Notes: generated from the sequence alone by a model not told the origin. A stretch of DNA of 63,508 bases, filler included, from Olpidium bornovanus S191 (GCA_017911155.1; 30 parts of 30 records of this genome joined end to end with filler, not necessarily neighbours in it), one strand, 5' to 3'; positions 50,389-63,398 are shown, numbered from the whole stretch's first letter. Translations and numbers: made by a program.

Positions 50389-51880
50389 CTCCTTCTCGGC
50401 CACTTGAACCGGGGGTCAGCGTGGTGCAGGTAATAATCTGTCGTGAGCTCCCAGAGCGGCGTCGTCGCCTTGGAAGGTTCAAAATTTCCAAGGAATAGGT
50501 TGATGGCGTCCTGTTTTTCCGCGTCTACGCAAAAGGATCTCGCGGCAATCAGGCGCGGCGGTTCCACGGACGGCACCGCTGACGTACCAAATCGTCGACT
50601 CTTACCAACGAAGCTGTTGCTGTAGTACCTGCGGATGCTCTCGACGACGTCGCGCGAATGGCTGGTCCATCCGCTGAGTTTCCTGTAAGTCTCCATGGTA
50701 TTAACGAGGTGTGCCCCGCCGTATTGGAGAGCTATTGTGTCGCCGTGATCATGATACATCTCGGTAAGAAGCGTGGCCGCATCAGAGTCGAAGGAGATGT
50801 GAGGGTTGTCAATGATTCCCAGAGCGTACAGCTTGGCGGAAAATCGCCCGGGCGACCTGTTAGATTTAGGCTGAAAGGAATGAACAGGAGACCCCCGGCG
50901 TAGCACAGGCACACACTTGATGGCCCAACGCGCATTTTCCGATGATGAACTGGGCTGCGTTGGTCCGGTCCAGGCAGTCGATGCAGTTCGTGCGGACAAC
51001 GCCAGACTGCAGAGTGGGACGAGTGCGCTGGACCACTCTGCTGTCCTGGACGCTGCTCCGCGCCCCGCTTGCAACCGTCAGCACACGCTTTTGAGGCGGA
51101 GTTTCAAGCTTCACGGAACGGAAGGCATTTGATTTCATTGAAAAACGTACTTCCACTTTCGCCGTAAGGCGTTAATGTGCGGCTCACCGCCGCTGTGGTA
51201 GAAGCCGGTGGACGCAACAGAGTCCTCCGAGATCTCCTCTAGTATCCGGATGACGTCTTGGTCGCGACTGCGTCCGTCTGCAAGGTGAGTGGCCGGATCC
51301 CGCCCTTCAATACCTTTCCCGCTGAAAACGCCCTTCCGCTTTTCCGGTGTTTCCCGTACCTTTTGGAAGCCCTGCTCATGTCCCACGCGATGTACTTGAT
51401 AGCCTTGCCGGGAGGAAGGAACTGGTTGAGGTACTCGACGCACTGGGTGAACTCCTCGAGCAGCAAACTCTCGCGCTTCGTCTTTTCCTTTTGCTTCACC
51501 AGGTTAAGCACGATGATCGGCCCGCCGTACCGCTTGAACATGTTGTCAAAGTGTAGCGCGGCGGTCGCGAAGAACGGGTCCCGCACGTTTACTTGGACCA
51601 CGCCGGCCCGGCCATCAGCTTTGAGGCGAGAGCGCCGGGAACAGTCACGACGCGCAGATCCCGCATTCGACTCACGTTCTATGGGAGGTTTGGGAGCCAT
51701 GTTGGCCGTGTCCTGTGACCAAAACAAAGGAATTGACCCCCGATGCTGCACGAACGACGTAAACCGGGGGTTGATCAAATACGAACAGGTCCCGTCCGAC
51801 GCCCTCATCGGTCGAAAGAAAGGCGTCGTAGACATCTCGTTGACGATCTGCTCAGACTCGACGTCGTTGGCAACGAAGCC
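50389..51880 (-). CDS. FIG4: PI(3,5)P2 5-phosphatase Fig4 (SAC domain), internal fragment
   Basis: [26 protein letters not shown], catalytic [62 protein letters not shown] introns. Confidence 0.96.
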
Positions 51881-52248
51881 CTGGGGCGGAAGCGATGCAG
51901 TGACGGAGCCCGACGATTAGCATCGCGCTTTTTATACCGCTCCGCCGCAAAACCTTGCAGGCAGCCCCTTTGAAAAACCTGGTCGTTCGCTCCGCGCTTC
52001 AAAAACCGTGCCCCGGCAAACAACCTCGACCGGCGGGCGATCAGAGTGACGAAAATGCTTCTCCCGAAAACGGATATTTCTGCGAAGCGGGCAGCCCACC
52101 CCAAGTAGGAAAAAAAAAAAAAAAAANNNNNNNNNNNNNNNNNNNNNNNNNNNNNNNNNNNNNNNNNNNNTTAATTAATTAANNNNNNNNNNNNNNNNNN
52201 NNNNNNNNNNNNNNNNNNNNNNNNNNAAAAAAAAAAAAAAAAAAAAAA

Positions 52249-52332
<84 letters not shown>

Positions 52333-53442
52333 CCCCTTCCCCCCCCCCCCCCCCCCCACCCCTTTAACAACCCCAACTCCCAGCCTTTGCGGTTTTGCGA
52401 TGGCTTTGCGCCTCTCCCTCCGGCGGTGATATGCACCGGGAGCGGTGGGAAGGTGTGTTGGTGCGCGAGGTAGAGGGGCTATGGTTTGGTTACGGAAGGC
52501 ACAAAGAGCACACCCAGAGCGAGCGGCAGAGGAGGCTATTTCTGCGGTCAGCGCCCCGAGCTTTCGCGGTTCGCGTTAGCACCTATAGGACGGCGCGCCG
52601 ACTCTCTTCTCTCTCACTTTGCTGTTTTTTTTTTGCCGCCGCAAAGTCGGTTTGTTTTACACTTGTAATGTGGATGCGAAAGCTCGCTGGGGTACTGTGT
52701 ATTATCCAGCGAGTGCGTGCGACGGGAACGCACCAAGCTAGTGGAACCGTTTCTCTCTCTTGGGTAATCTGGTTCGCCTGCGTCGCGTGCGGCGACTGGG
52801 CGAACCGTCATAGCGCAGCCCTGATTATACATCCCGCCTCCAGATCTCCGTGACGGACAGTTTTATTATCTAATTTTTCTCCGCGCAGGACTTCTTTTTT
52901 TTTCTCTGCATCAAAATTCTTTTTGCCGCATCGGAGTTCTTTTTTGTTTTTTTCTGCATTAGTTTTCGTTTTGTTTCGAAGATTTTTTTTTCTTTCCGCA
53001 TCGAAATATTTTTTTTCTATCGGCATAAAAATATTGTTTCTCAATTTTTTTTACCTTTCTTTTCGCGGGATTTATTGTTGGGCGTCGGCGAAGGTTTCCT
53101 AGCGGGTATCAAAGGGAAGACCGCCGCTGCCGCTTGCACCGCATCATTGGCGGTTTTCGCGGATTCCGCCGCGGCCCCGGCATTTTCGCCTTTTGTAAAA
53201 CGGCCGAGGAGGTCATTTGAGGTGTGAATTGGAAATGCGTGCAAAAATAAAACTAAAATAAAAACACCGCCCTCCTCCCGTCTTCCCTCTGGCTTTGGAG
53301 CTTGCGATCTTTTTTTTTGCTTACCAGCATGNNNNNNNNNNNNNNNNNNNNNNNNNNNNNNNNNNNNNNNNNNNNTTAATTAATTAANNNNNNNNNNNNN
53401 NNNNNNNNNNNNNNNNNNNNNNNNNNNNNNNGGGGGGGGGGT

Positions 53443-53531
<89 letters not shown>

Positions 53532-54437
53532 AGGAGAACTCACGAGGGCTCATGTATTCCGCGATTCTACCCGGTCTTGTAGAGAGGAGTTCAGGGGTGA
53601 AAATCGGTAGGCGAAATTCTCTCTCTATCCTCCCTGAAACTCCCCTTTGCTCTAAGCCTCGTTGCCGTCGCCGGGTTTAATCAGGTGGGGCAAGGGGGCG
53701 CCATGGTGGGTGCTGCGCATTGCTGTTCCATATTTGCCCCCACACGCCGCCCCCCGTTTCTGCAGACTGACAGCGGGGCGCACCGTGGTTAAACGCGCAC
53801 CTGCCGGGCGCATCCATATTATTATTCAGGTGGCCCCACCTTCAGACGGGCTGCTCACGTGGGCCGAACCCCCACGTCGGCAGCTTCGTGGGACCCCCCG
53901 CACACGCCGGTAAGGCCCCCGGGGCCCCGCAGGTCGGCCTTTCGCCGACATACCCTCGGGCGGAACCCGGGGAACCGCGGACGGTTGCCAGTGCGCCTGG
54001 AACAGGCGGGGTTCTGTGGATCGTAAGCCAATCCGGGCTCTTCCCGGTTTCCGGCGCGCCGGAATTCCCGTCGCCGGCTGGAAGGGGAATGTCTTTTCCT
54101 ACCTTTGTTGTTCTTTCTGCGAGCTTTTAAGAGGGCCGGGGCGAGAAACTCAGTCCCGGGGGGAGCATTTGAAAGGAGAGCAGCGTTGCTCCAAACGGCG
54201 GCGCCTGGTCCCTCGCGGGCCGCGCTTTTCTTTGCGGCCATGTTCGAGCGCGCGAGAGAGCGGAATAGGAAGTCAGAGCGTGAAAGCGAACAGGCCTTCT
54301 GCATTTTATGCGCTCTCGCGCGCACGCGGGGCGTCGCAATGCAATCCGTCTTCTCCGCCACGATGTCTTTTCGTTTTTTTCTTTATTCTTTTTGTTGATT
54401 CGTAAATTTTTGCAGGAAAGCCGGGGTGGGGTGGTGC

Positions 54438-54476
<39 letters not shown>

Positions 54477-54698
54477 GGGGGGGGGAAACCCCCNNNNNNN
54501 NNNNNNNNNNNNNNNNNNNNNNNNNNNNNNNNNNNNNTTAATTAATTAANNNNNNNNNNNNNNNNNNNNNNNNNNNNNNNNNNNNNNNNNNNNCATGGTC
54601 TGGCAGGCCCGTTCAAGGAAATTGTCGGCCTGTTGATCTCAGCGGCATGTTCGAGGCCCTTTTATGAAAAGTGGAAGCCGGTTAGCGACCGCAGTAAC

Positions 54699-55900
54699 CT
54701 ACAATCTCGTGTTGCCGCGCCGCATATTCAAACAAGAGCTGTATACCTGGTCAAACAATCGTTCGTTGGAAGAGAAGTCTCCCGCAACTCCTGAAGTGTC
54801 CCGCACATGCGTTAAAAAAAAGGGTTCCAATAGCTTATCGCGCGCGACATCTTCGACGCGAACGCTGCGCGTGCGAACGTCCAAGGGAGTTGATCGCAAC
54901 CGTACCTAGCCCGCTGAACCTCTGCACCAGGTTAACAGTTCCGCTGTCGTTTGACGACGGCGGGGCGCTCAGGTAATCGGCAACCCCGGCGCCCGACTTT
55001 ATTGACGCGCTAAGACTGTCAAGTGTGCCGCCGGTCCAGAGCTGCCACGATGATGAAGTTGAGTGAAATGGTGACTGCAGCTGCTCCTGACGCCGCTGTG
55101 CAGGGTTCACGCCTACGGTCGCATCGCCCCGCTCAGTAGAGTAGTAGAGCCCCGAGTACTGAGAGTCGAGCTGCGTACCGCCAGGCGACGCCGCCACATC
55201 GAAGCCGGTGGCCTAGAGCAACAGTAAGGCTCTCAGTAGCACATTCGTAGGCCCCCCCGAGGCAATGCCAGGTAATGACGAGGGCACCGTGTTACCTCCT
55301 CAAACAGCACGTTGTTCGGCGGGGCACTTATCGAACGGTCAATGTTGCCACCATGACCGGCGTAAGCATCGCGCTCGTGATCCACTTTTCCCCGCAAGAG
55401 GGAAGCGAGCTGGAAGACGCAAAAAGCAGAGTTAAGCAAACGAAAACTGCACTTTGAGGCAGACCCGCACAAGCGGGGCATGACTTGCGTCCAAACGGCA
55501 CAGCGGTGTCCTTTCTTTCACTCGGCGGGCACGACCAACCCGGAGCCCCTTCATACCTGGCCGTGCGGTTGAGTCTTCGCCATCGGCTGATGGAGGTTTG
55601 CGGCATTCGCAGTTGCGACGCCGCGCAGGTCCTCTCCGATGCCCCGAGACATGGCAGCGGGGCCTGGCGCAAGAGAGGCCCGGCCGCACGGCAGAAGTGG
55701 GACGGCCGCAGATGGAAACCTCCCGCCTTGCGATGCGGGCCGCAGGAAAGGGGCCGGTGCCTGGGCCGGACCAGAACAGATCCCCGGGTCAGCGTTCGTC
55801 CACCGCCACCACCGCCGGGTGACGGGGGGACGGGTGCCAAGCACCGCGCCGGAGTCTCGCAGCAGAGCAGGAGGCCGAGGAGGTGCGGGGGCGCCTGGGC
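54699..55900 (-). CDS. Possible spliced gene, unknown (secreted-like) product
   Basis: Successive protein-like segments (QLASLLRGKVDHERDAY..; SQYSGLYYSTERG..; DVRTRSVRVEDVARDKLLEPFF). No family recognised. Confidence 0.3.
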
Positions 55901-55985
55901 GGGGAAAGATGATGGAGCCAGGGTGGCGGCCGGGGGGGGGGGGGGGGGGGGCCCGGGGGGGGGGGGGGGGGGGGGGGGGGGCCCA

Positions 55986-56031
<46 letters not shown>

Positions 56032-56400
56032 CGCGGGNNNNNNNNNNNNNNNNNNNNNNNNNNNNNNNNNNNNNNNNNNNNTTAATTAATTAANNNNNNN
56101 NNNNNNNNNNNNNNNNNNNNNNNNNNNNNNNNNNNNNCATGCACCGCCTGGCATTACGGTTCGCCGAGTCGCCGAGAACCTTCCCAGGGCTGCGGACAGG
56201 ATTTGGGCTGGCAGACAGTATAATTCGTGCTGCCGACCGTCCCAATCTTCACGTTACGCTGTTATTTGTCGCCTTCGTGTATCTCGCCTTTGCGCGTCTG
56301 CCTTCGTGCATCAAAAAGTGCGCCCGCTCTGCGGTCGTCGGAAAAACAGTAAAAGAAAATTTGCCGCGTTTTCTGCGTGGGCGGTTCACAAATAAACCTG

Positions 56401-56405
56401 AAAAA
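56401..56405 (-). terminator. RNA polymerase III T5 terminator of tRNA-Ser
   Basis: TTTTT on the minus strand, 18 nt downstream of the tRNA 3' end. Confidence 0.7.
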
Positions 56406-56422
56406 TATTTAAGGACAAGTTG

Positions 56423-56505
56423 CGACACCTGTGAGATTCGAACTCACGCGTCCAAAGGACAATGCCTTAGCAGGGCACCGCGTTAACCAACTCCGCCAAA
56501 GTGTC
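56423..56505 (-). tRNA. tRNA-Ser(GCT), intronless, long variable arm
   Basis: Acceptor stem GACACTT/AGGTGTC, D-loop AGTTGGTTAA, anticodon stem GTGCC/GGCAT with loop CT-GCT-AA, T-arm GTGAG-TTCGAAT-CTCAC, discriminator G. Confidence 0.96.
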
Positions 56506-57402
56506 AATTGCGTTGTTGTTGCTGTTATTCGCCGTTGATATTGGTGCAATCTCTGTTGATGAAACAAGTGGAGAATATGGCATTCTGAGCAGTTGGCGGT
56601 TGCGGTCTTCTACCTCTCTCTCTTTTTTTCAATCTCTCTTCTCTCGTTTTCTCTCTCGCTTTCTGTTGTCTCTCTCTTCCGCGAATTTTTTTCGTGTTGG
56701 CTGAGAATACGCATAATAGTAGATCTGAATCAAAGGAATGGAAGCGTCCGCGAAACTTTTGACTTCCAGATCACACAGGGCACGGGGAGGGCTCGTTTTC
56801 TCCTTTTCGCTCTCGTGCTGCGCCTCCTTTCTTCCGGTGCGGCCCTGTCGCATCGTAACTACGCCGGCGGGAAGGCGGATGAATGCGCAGGCGCGTAGCT
56901 CGTTTCGCTCCACGCCCCAGCCAGTCTCCACGAAGGCATAGTGCGCAGCTCACGCGAGGGCGCGGGAGGGAGAGAGCGAGACAGAGCCGGGTGCGACGCA
57001 GGCTGGCAGAGAGGAAGAATGAAAAAGGTGAGGGGAAACGGCGAGGAAGAGCGGCTGCGAGAGTGAGAGAGAATCAAGCAGTGCGGAAGGACGACGGCGG
57101 TTGGCGGGAAAGGCCGCAGAGGCAAAGCATGGCGAGAAATAGAAGGTAGGCGGAGAGGCCACTTTGGAGAGGGTTTTCGGGGAGGACGTTAGAGGTAGGT
57201 AGCATTAGGCGAATTGCAACAGCAATAATTGTAGTACTATACGACACCNNNNNNNNNNNNNNNNNNNNNNNNNNNNNNNNNNNNNNNNNNNNTTAATTAA
57301 TTAANNNNNNNNNNNNNNNNNNNNNNNNNNNNNNNNNNNNNNNNNNNNCATGAGTCTGCTGAAGGGAAAACATTCATAGCAGCCGTACGATCGACAAGGG
57401 GA

Positions 57403-58960
57403 TCAATCGGATCTTTTTTGGGCGAGACACCCTCCCGAAACGCTCTTTGGTATGGTGAGGCGATAGACCAGGATGGTGGTGGGGACGTCGACTCCCGCGT
57501 TGTAGGGCACGCCGACCTGGAATCCGTCGGTCGTCAAGAAGTCGTTGTCGTTGCCGACGAACAGGAAGTAATCGTCCGGGCGGTCCGGGTCGAGGGCGCT
57601 CGCCAGGGCCAAGGACTCCCACTTCTCGGACAGGTTTGTCACGTCGTTAGGTTCGCCGTTGTGAAGGCCGAACTTGGCGAGCTCGGAGTTGTCGTTGATG
57701 TTGATGAACGGGGTCAGCTTGGCCGGCTTGACGATCGGGTCCAGCACGCCCTTGGGCGCGACCGGCATCAGCTCGTCGAAGTCTGTGCCGGCGATATTGG
57801 TGGCGCCGTTGAAGTCCAGCAGGTCGACGGCGCGGTACCGCGAGGTCGACGGCGCGGTACCGCGAGGTCGCGCCGCCCACGCCGAAGCCGTTGCCGGTGT
57901 CGCGCGACAGCATCAGGAAGCGGTTGTTCCCGATCGCAAGGACCTCGCTCTGCGCGGCGACCAGGGTCGAGCCGGTGGCGTTCTGGAAGAGGGGCAGCGG
58001 CACGACGTACTCCGCCCTGAGCTTGGGCCGCTTGGGCTTCCTGATGTCGTACACGAGGGCGCGTGTAAAGCGGCGGGTTCCGGGCGCGTCGCCGCCGTCC
58101 TGGCGCGTCGCGCTCTGCAGCACGGCGACCAGGTGCTCGCCGTCGGGCGTCAGCGTGACGCCCTCGAAGCCCTGGTTGTTCTGGCGGCCGGTGACCGGGT
58201 CCGGCGGCACGGGCGGCGCGCCGCCGGCGGGGGGGTTGTTGCTCGAGAAGTTCACCTCGCCCTTTCGGACCGGGACGAACGCGTCGGGCGGACGCACGGC
58301 GGAGATCAACTTGCCGCGGGCCGAAAAGCGGTAGACGTAGGGCCCGTACTCGTCGCCGACGAAGAAAGTGCCGTCGGGCATGAGGGCGAGGGCCTCGGGG
58401 TCGACGGCGACCCTGCCGGCGGAGGTCTTCGGCAGCATCGGGAACCCGCCGGACGCCTTGCGGACGCGGGCCGGGTCGAGGCCACTCAGCGGCCTGCCCT
58501 CGCCGTCGGTGAGCTTGAGCGTGCCGCCGAGCCTCGCGTCGAGGGTGCCGCGCCCGCCGCCGCCGCCGCCGCCGGGCGTCAGCGTGACCTCGAGAAAGTT
58601 GACGCGGTCGGCGTAGTCGACGGTGACGGTGCCGCCCGGGGTGAAGCCGCGGTCGGGCAGCGCCACCAGGGTGCCCTCGTACCTGCCGCCGACCCTGCGC
58701 CACCGCTTCACCGCCAGGCCGGAGCACGAGCCGAAGGTCTCGCCGAAGCGGTCGCGCTGGGCCGCGGGGATGCGGCCCACGGCCACCAGGCCGTGGTTCG
58801 CGATCCTCCCGCAGCCGAAGTCGACGGCGGAGGCGGCGTCGCCGGGACGACGAGCGGAGCACGCGACGAGCAGCAGCAGCAGCAGCAGCGGCAGCCGCAC
58901 CGGGGGAGGCGCGGCCGCGCGCAGCGGGCGCCGGCGCGGAAGCCGAGAACTCGTTATCAT
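57403..58960 (-). pseudogene. Esterase-like activity of phytase (Phytase-like) family secreted protein, intronless, frameshifted as assembled
   Basis: Signal peptide PLLLLLLLVACSA; LPDRG, DPEAL, GDEYGP, NNQGFEG, SEVLAI, KWESLAL, DNDF. Removing one copy of the 22-bp duplication gives 512 codons. Confidence 0.85.
57821..57864. repeat. Perfect 22-bp tandem duplication (AGGTCGACGGCGCGGTACCGCG x2)
   Basis: Directly visible; followed by a third AGGTCG; each unit contains the 12-bp palindrome CGCGGTACCGCG. Confidence 0.97.
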
Positions 58961-60694
58961 CCCCGAACGCGCGCGCGCGCGCTGCAAGGGAGGCGGGGGG
59001 GAGGGAGGACGCGTTTCGGGGAGTTCTCGCGGACCGGTCCCAGAGCGGGAGGGCGCGCGCGAGAGGCCCTCTTCCTCCCCCTCGCTCTTTTTTTTTCTGC
59101 CGCCCGTGTCCGGTCGCGCGGCAGATGGGAGACGAAGGCCCTCGTTTCGACCGGCATGTGGCGGTGGCGGCGACCGGGCGGCAAGGGGGGGCGCCCAAGG
59201 AGGGCGTGGCGTGGCGAGAAAGAGAGAATGCGTGCGTTGGTGAGTGCGAGCGCGGGCGGGGGGGGAAGGATGGCGCCGGCGGCGGGGGCAGGGGGAAACG
59301 CGTGCGGCGCCCGGGCACGCCCTTTCCCCGGCTTCCCCCACTCGCGCGCGCGCACTTACACCTCCTCGTCATCCCCCCTGCGCCGGTGTTTCTGGAATCG
59401 CGCGCGAGAGAGAGAGAGAAAGAGAGACAGAGAAAGGAAGAAAGAGAGAGAGAAACACAGAGACAAGAGACAGAGTGACAGAAAAAGAGCGGGGGGGGGG
59501 GGCGGAGCGGGCGTCCCCGTCGTTGTTTTCCTCGCTTCGCCGACTGTTGTTTTTGGAATTCCGATCCAGAAAAGGCAAAAGTCGCAGGCTTGGCCGTCCT
59601 TTTCCTTCGAAATGGAGCCGCTATCTCGTGAGAATCCGTTGAACGAACGCCGGTGACTTCGTCGACATGNNNNNNNNNNNNNNNNNNNNNNNNNNNNNNN
59701 NNNNNNNNNNNNNTTAATTAATTAANNNNNNNNNNNNNNNNNNNNNNNNNNNNNNNNNNNNNNNNNNNNCATGTCTGGGAGTGATCTGCGGCGCGTGAAC
59801 ACCACAGGCCCATTATAAACCCTAAAAAGCGCGCGGGTGAGGGTTTAAATCCCTCTGGGATTAGCGGGTTTTACTTCTCGCACCCGCGAGAAACTTTACT
59901 TTTTTGGCAATTTTTTTTGCGCGCTTCTTTTTTTCGTGCAGTAACTTTTTTTGCGGGCGCCGCCCCGGGCCAATTCGGTTGTCGTCGGAGGAACCACGGT
60001 GGTGATGGGGAACGGTTTGGGCGGCGGCGGTTGTAGGGGAGGGAGGGAGAGGGGGATGCGTGCAAATTTTCGTTTGTGACACTTCGCCCTCGAGAATTGC
60101 GTGAAAACGCCTTTGCTCTTCCAAAATGCGAAGACAGGACAGTCGCCTTTTCGGTTTTTCCGCCAACACATACAGTGAGCTTTGCGGCTGGAGGGGCGAC
60201 CTGGGTGAAATGCTCGTTGGGTGACTTCTGAACTTCTGGTTTATTACGACTTACCCTTTCTGGTTTATTACGACTGCGCTTATTTCTCTTTAATTTTTCG
60301 TCCCTCCCCCTTTTTTGGCCCGAGGTTCTGCGTCCTCAAACCTGACACAGTAGCCGAGGATGTCAAGGCCCCGGAGGATGGAGTGCCGCGTGGACGCTAT
60401 GCTGTATTTCCTGCGGCTCCGCCATCTTTAGGGGGGAAGGGGGGGGGGGGGTCGGAAACGATTGGCATGAGCGCGCCGACCGACTCGCCGAGGGGATCTT
60501 TAGACAGAGCGCGGCCGGTTTTCCCGACGGACGCGGAACCGCGGCGGGCACGCGCGCGGCGTCACGTTGCAAGCGTACGCCAGCTTCCGGTCGCCCGTAC
60601 CACGCCGGTCGGGCGCGGTAACAGCGCAGGCCGGCCCGCCCCCTCGACAACGCCGCAAAGGTGGAAGAGACCTCGAGCACCACTACCCGGCGCC

Positions 60695-60766
<72 letters not shown>

Positions 60767-60895
60767 CCCCCCCCCGCGCCCCCCCCCCCCACCCCNNNNN
60801 NNNNNNNNNNNNNNNNNNNNNNNNNNNNNNNNNNNNNNNTTAATTAATTAANNNNNNNNNNNNNNNNNNNNNNNNNNNNNNNNNNNNNNNNNNNN

Positions 60896-61518
60896 CATGC
60901 ACCGGTACCGGGAAACGGATTTCCGGGACGTCAGCTGCCCGTGACGTAAGCCGCTGAACGTCATCCTGCTGGGATTGGCTTTCTAGTTTCGGGTCCTCCG
61001 AAGCAGCTTGCGCCGGCGGAGAACTTTCAAGCTGCGGCCGGGCGGCAAGATATTTGCCGCTGGTATCCTGTGCAACCTCCAATTCGCCCATGACCTCGTC
61101 TATGCAGCGCAGGACAACTTTCCCGAGACCAGGCGCCCCAGCGATGACAAGCGACAGATCCAGAGCCTCCGCAGCCTCCTCCAATTTTCGAGACCTCGGA
61201 TTGGTCGTGATTCCCCCGTCGAGTCGGGGAAACGCTTTTCCAGTTTCGTTTTCACACACCTCGGCCAGTGTTCTGTCGCACGCTGCGCGAACGATACACC
61301 CTGCGGTATAGAGCAGCCGCCAGGATTCGGGAACCTCATGGTAGGGTACGGAATAGAGAAGACCGTGGGCGTGGTCTACAGCTGCATCGGCGAACAGGCG
61401 GGAGTGTGCTAGGCGGCCCATGCGCAGAAGCGACAACGACTTGGAAAGAAGGTGGACGCACGCCGGCTGAGACTCGTGGAGATCTAGAGAACACGCGACG
61501 TACCGGGCGTGAACGTGA
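60896..61518 (-). CDS. JMJD5/KDM8-like JmjC protein, N-terminal helical region, 3' truncated
   Basis: AHGLLYSVPYHEVPESWRLLYTAGCIVRA..AAEALDLSLVIAGAPG resembles the JMJD5 N-terminal domain. The JmjC domain itself is not on the contig. A possible upstream exon lies at about 62006-61727. Confidence 0.7.
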
Positions 61519-63199
61519 CTGGAAGTAAATTATCCACGTCATCGGGCTCTCGACTGCCAACGGCGACAGCCGGGCAGCAAGCGGCGAACAGAAAAGCAAA
61601 ATCGAGTGACAGCTAGCTAAACGGAGGAAAGGCTGTCGGTAAAAAAAAAAAAAAAAAAAAAAAAAAGAAAAAAAAGGAAAAAAAAAAGAAAGAAAAAAAA
61701 ACGCACGTGTCTTAGACCGGATTTACCGTAAGCCTGCTCCAGCCTGATATGTCGACAGACGTATGCCTTTTTGCAGCCGCCGGCGCCTTCGTCGTTTCCC
61801 GGCTCAGAACTCGTTTGATCAATCCGAGGGTAAACGCCATCAGCTTCTTCTCCGGGCTCGGGCAGTACGCGAAGCACCAAGTCCTCAACCTCCCGCAGTG
61901 CCGCGCGGAACGCATCCGGCAGCAGCGGCGCGGCACTGGCGGGCTCAGCGCGAAAAGACTCCTCCTCACTTAAGCCCTCGCACACCCGCTGCCCCTCCTG
62001 CTGCATCTGAGTCGGGGCGCAAACTCGGGAGGGTTCGCCTCCGCGCTGCTGTGCGCACAGTCCACTCCCGAACCGCCAGGCCTTGGCGTTTATAACGGAC
62101 GGAAGTTTGATTCGTCTCGCAACCGCTCGCTCGGCCGGCTTCGGACGTGGGTGCCGAGGATCTTCACCAGCAGTTTCGAAAGCCGAACAACAACAACAAC
62201 ACCGGCTTCCTCTGCCCCGGTTGCCGGTTGGGCGGTGGCGGCCAACCCACACAACGTCACCCCTGCGTACATCGTGCTTAGAAATATTCGGAAGAAACGG
62301 AGCCAAACACCCGGACGGAGAGCCAGGAAGGAACGTATGAACAAAACCGAACCGACGCTTTGTGTTCGTCAGGTTTCATTTTCCTCCCGAGGTCTTCGGC
62401 CGTTGGCAATATGCATGGGGGTGTTGCGTGCTTCAACATTATCCCTAAATGTTTTGCCGAACCAAAAACGCGCTATTTTCGACCCGCTGAGACTTTTAGG
62501 GAAAACCTTGTTTTTCGGACCAAAAACAGGTTGTAAAGCTGCTTTTATTCTCGATTGAGGCAGTTGACGGGATACAAGAAACCCAAAAGGCGGGTCTTAC
62601 GGGATCCTCGAAAACAAAAACGGGAGATGGAATGCGAGTTTTTAGCGTGGGAACTGAAACGTCCGAAAGTACCGCCAGGGGGCGTTTAACTCAAAAGGAA
62701 TTGCCCCTACGATGCAAAAAAGGTGTGGGCCAGTGGTATCACTAGCCCTCGTCGAAAATGACTCGACGTTGCTTAACGAAGGACTTCTCCCTCGACTTCG
62801 CGTTGAGAATTTGCAACGCGTATTTTGGTCACGGCTACGGCCCGGTTGACGTCGACGATGTACTATGCTAATCCCTGGCGGCTCAATCAGTGGCTGCGGG
62901 TCTCGAATCCAAGGGGCGTAGGACATTACGAGACCCGCCTAGGAACCGATCAGCACGGTAAAACTAATTGTTTTCCCACGGAGGAGGCGAGAAATATTAA
63001 GAATTGCACGTTCCCTGCGTCTTCTTTTCAAATAAGGTTCTCGACTGCACATATTTTCCAATGAAATGCTCCCTGACCGCGACCTTTCTCTTCGCTGCGT
63101 ACAAGTCGGCAGGCTCGATGGCCGTTTCTGCCTCAATCTTCTCGACGACGCAGCTCATCGCACAGCCCCATAAAATCAAAATTATTCAACTGATTTTCA

Positions 63200-63398
63200 T
63201 TGGTAGAACTGTGCAGGTTCTCGGTGTCGGCAGCATCGACTCGTCCCCTCCAGGTACTTTAAGCTGAACAAACTTCTCATCTCCTTGTCGGCCACAGTAG
63301 CGAATGTGCTCGGCAACGTGTTCACCAAAGAGGTAGTTACGGAGGACCTCCACATCGAGCTCCTCGTTCTCGATGTCGTAGCCGTGAAACAACCATTT
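63200..63398 (-). pseudogene. RPL5: Degenerate 60S ribosomal protein L5 (uL18) fragment
   Basis: FHGYDIENEELDVEVLRNYLFGEHVAEHIRY..DEKF, then YLEG and VDAADTENL in shifted frames, matches the RPL5 GYD..ELDAEVLR.YIFG.HVA region. Confidence 0.6.

Noticed and set aside
52860-53050. Degenerate T-run/GCATC repeats encoding FDAEKKK-like units
   Set aside because: Irregular spacing (about 20-42 nt) and low complexity; no array structure.
53432-54493. Contig with several ~100-170 aa ORFs
   Set aside because: No homology or splice pattern; treated as non-coding. The same holds for 59770-60795.
57674-59656. 660-aa plus-strand ORF
   Set aside because: Antisense shadow of the GC3-rich phytase-like gene; no independent motifs.
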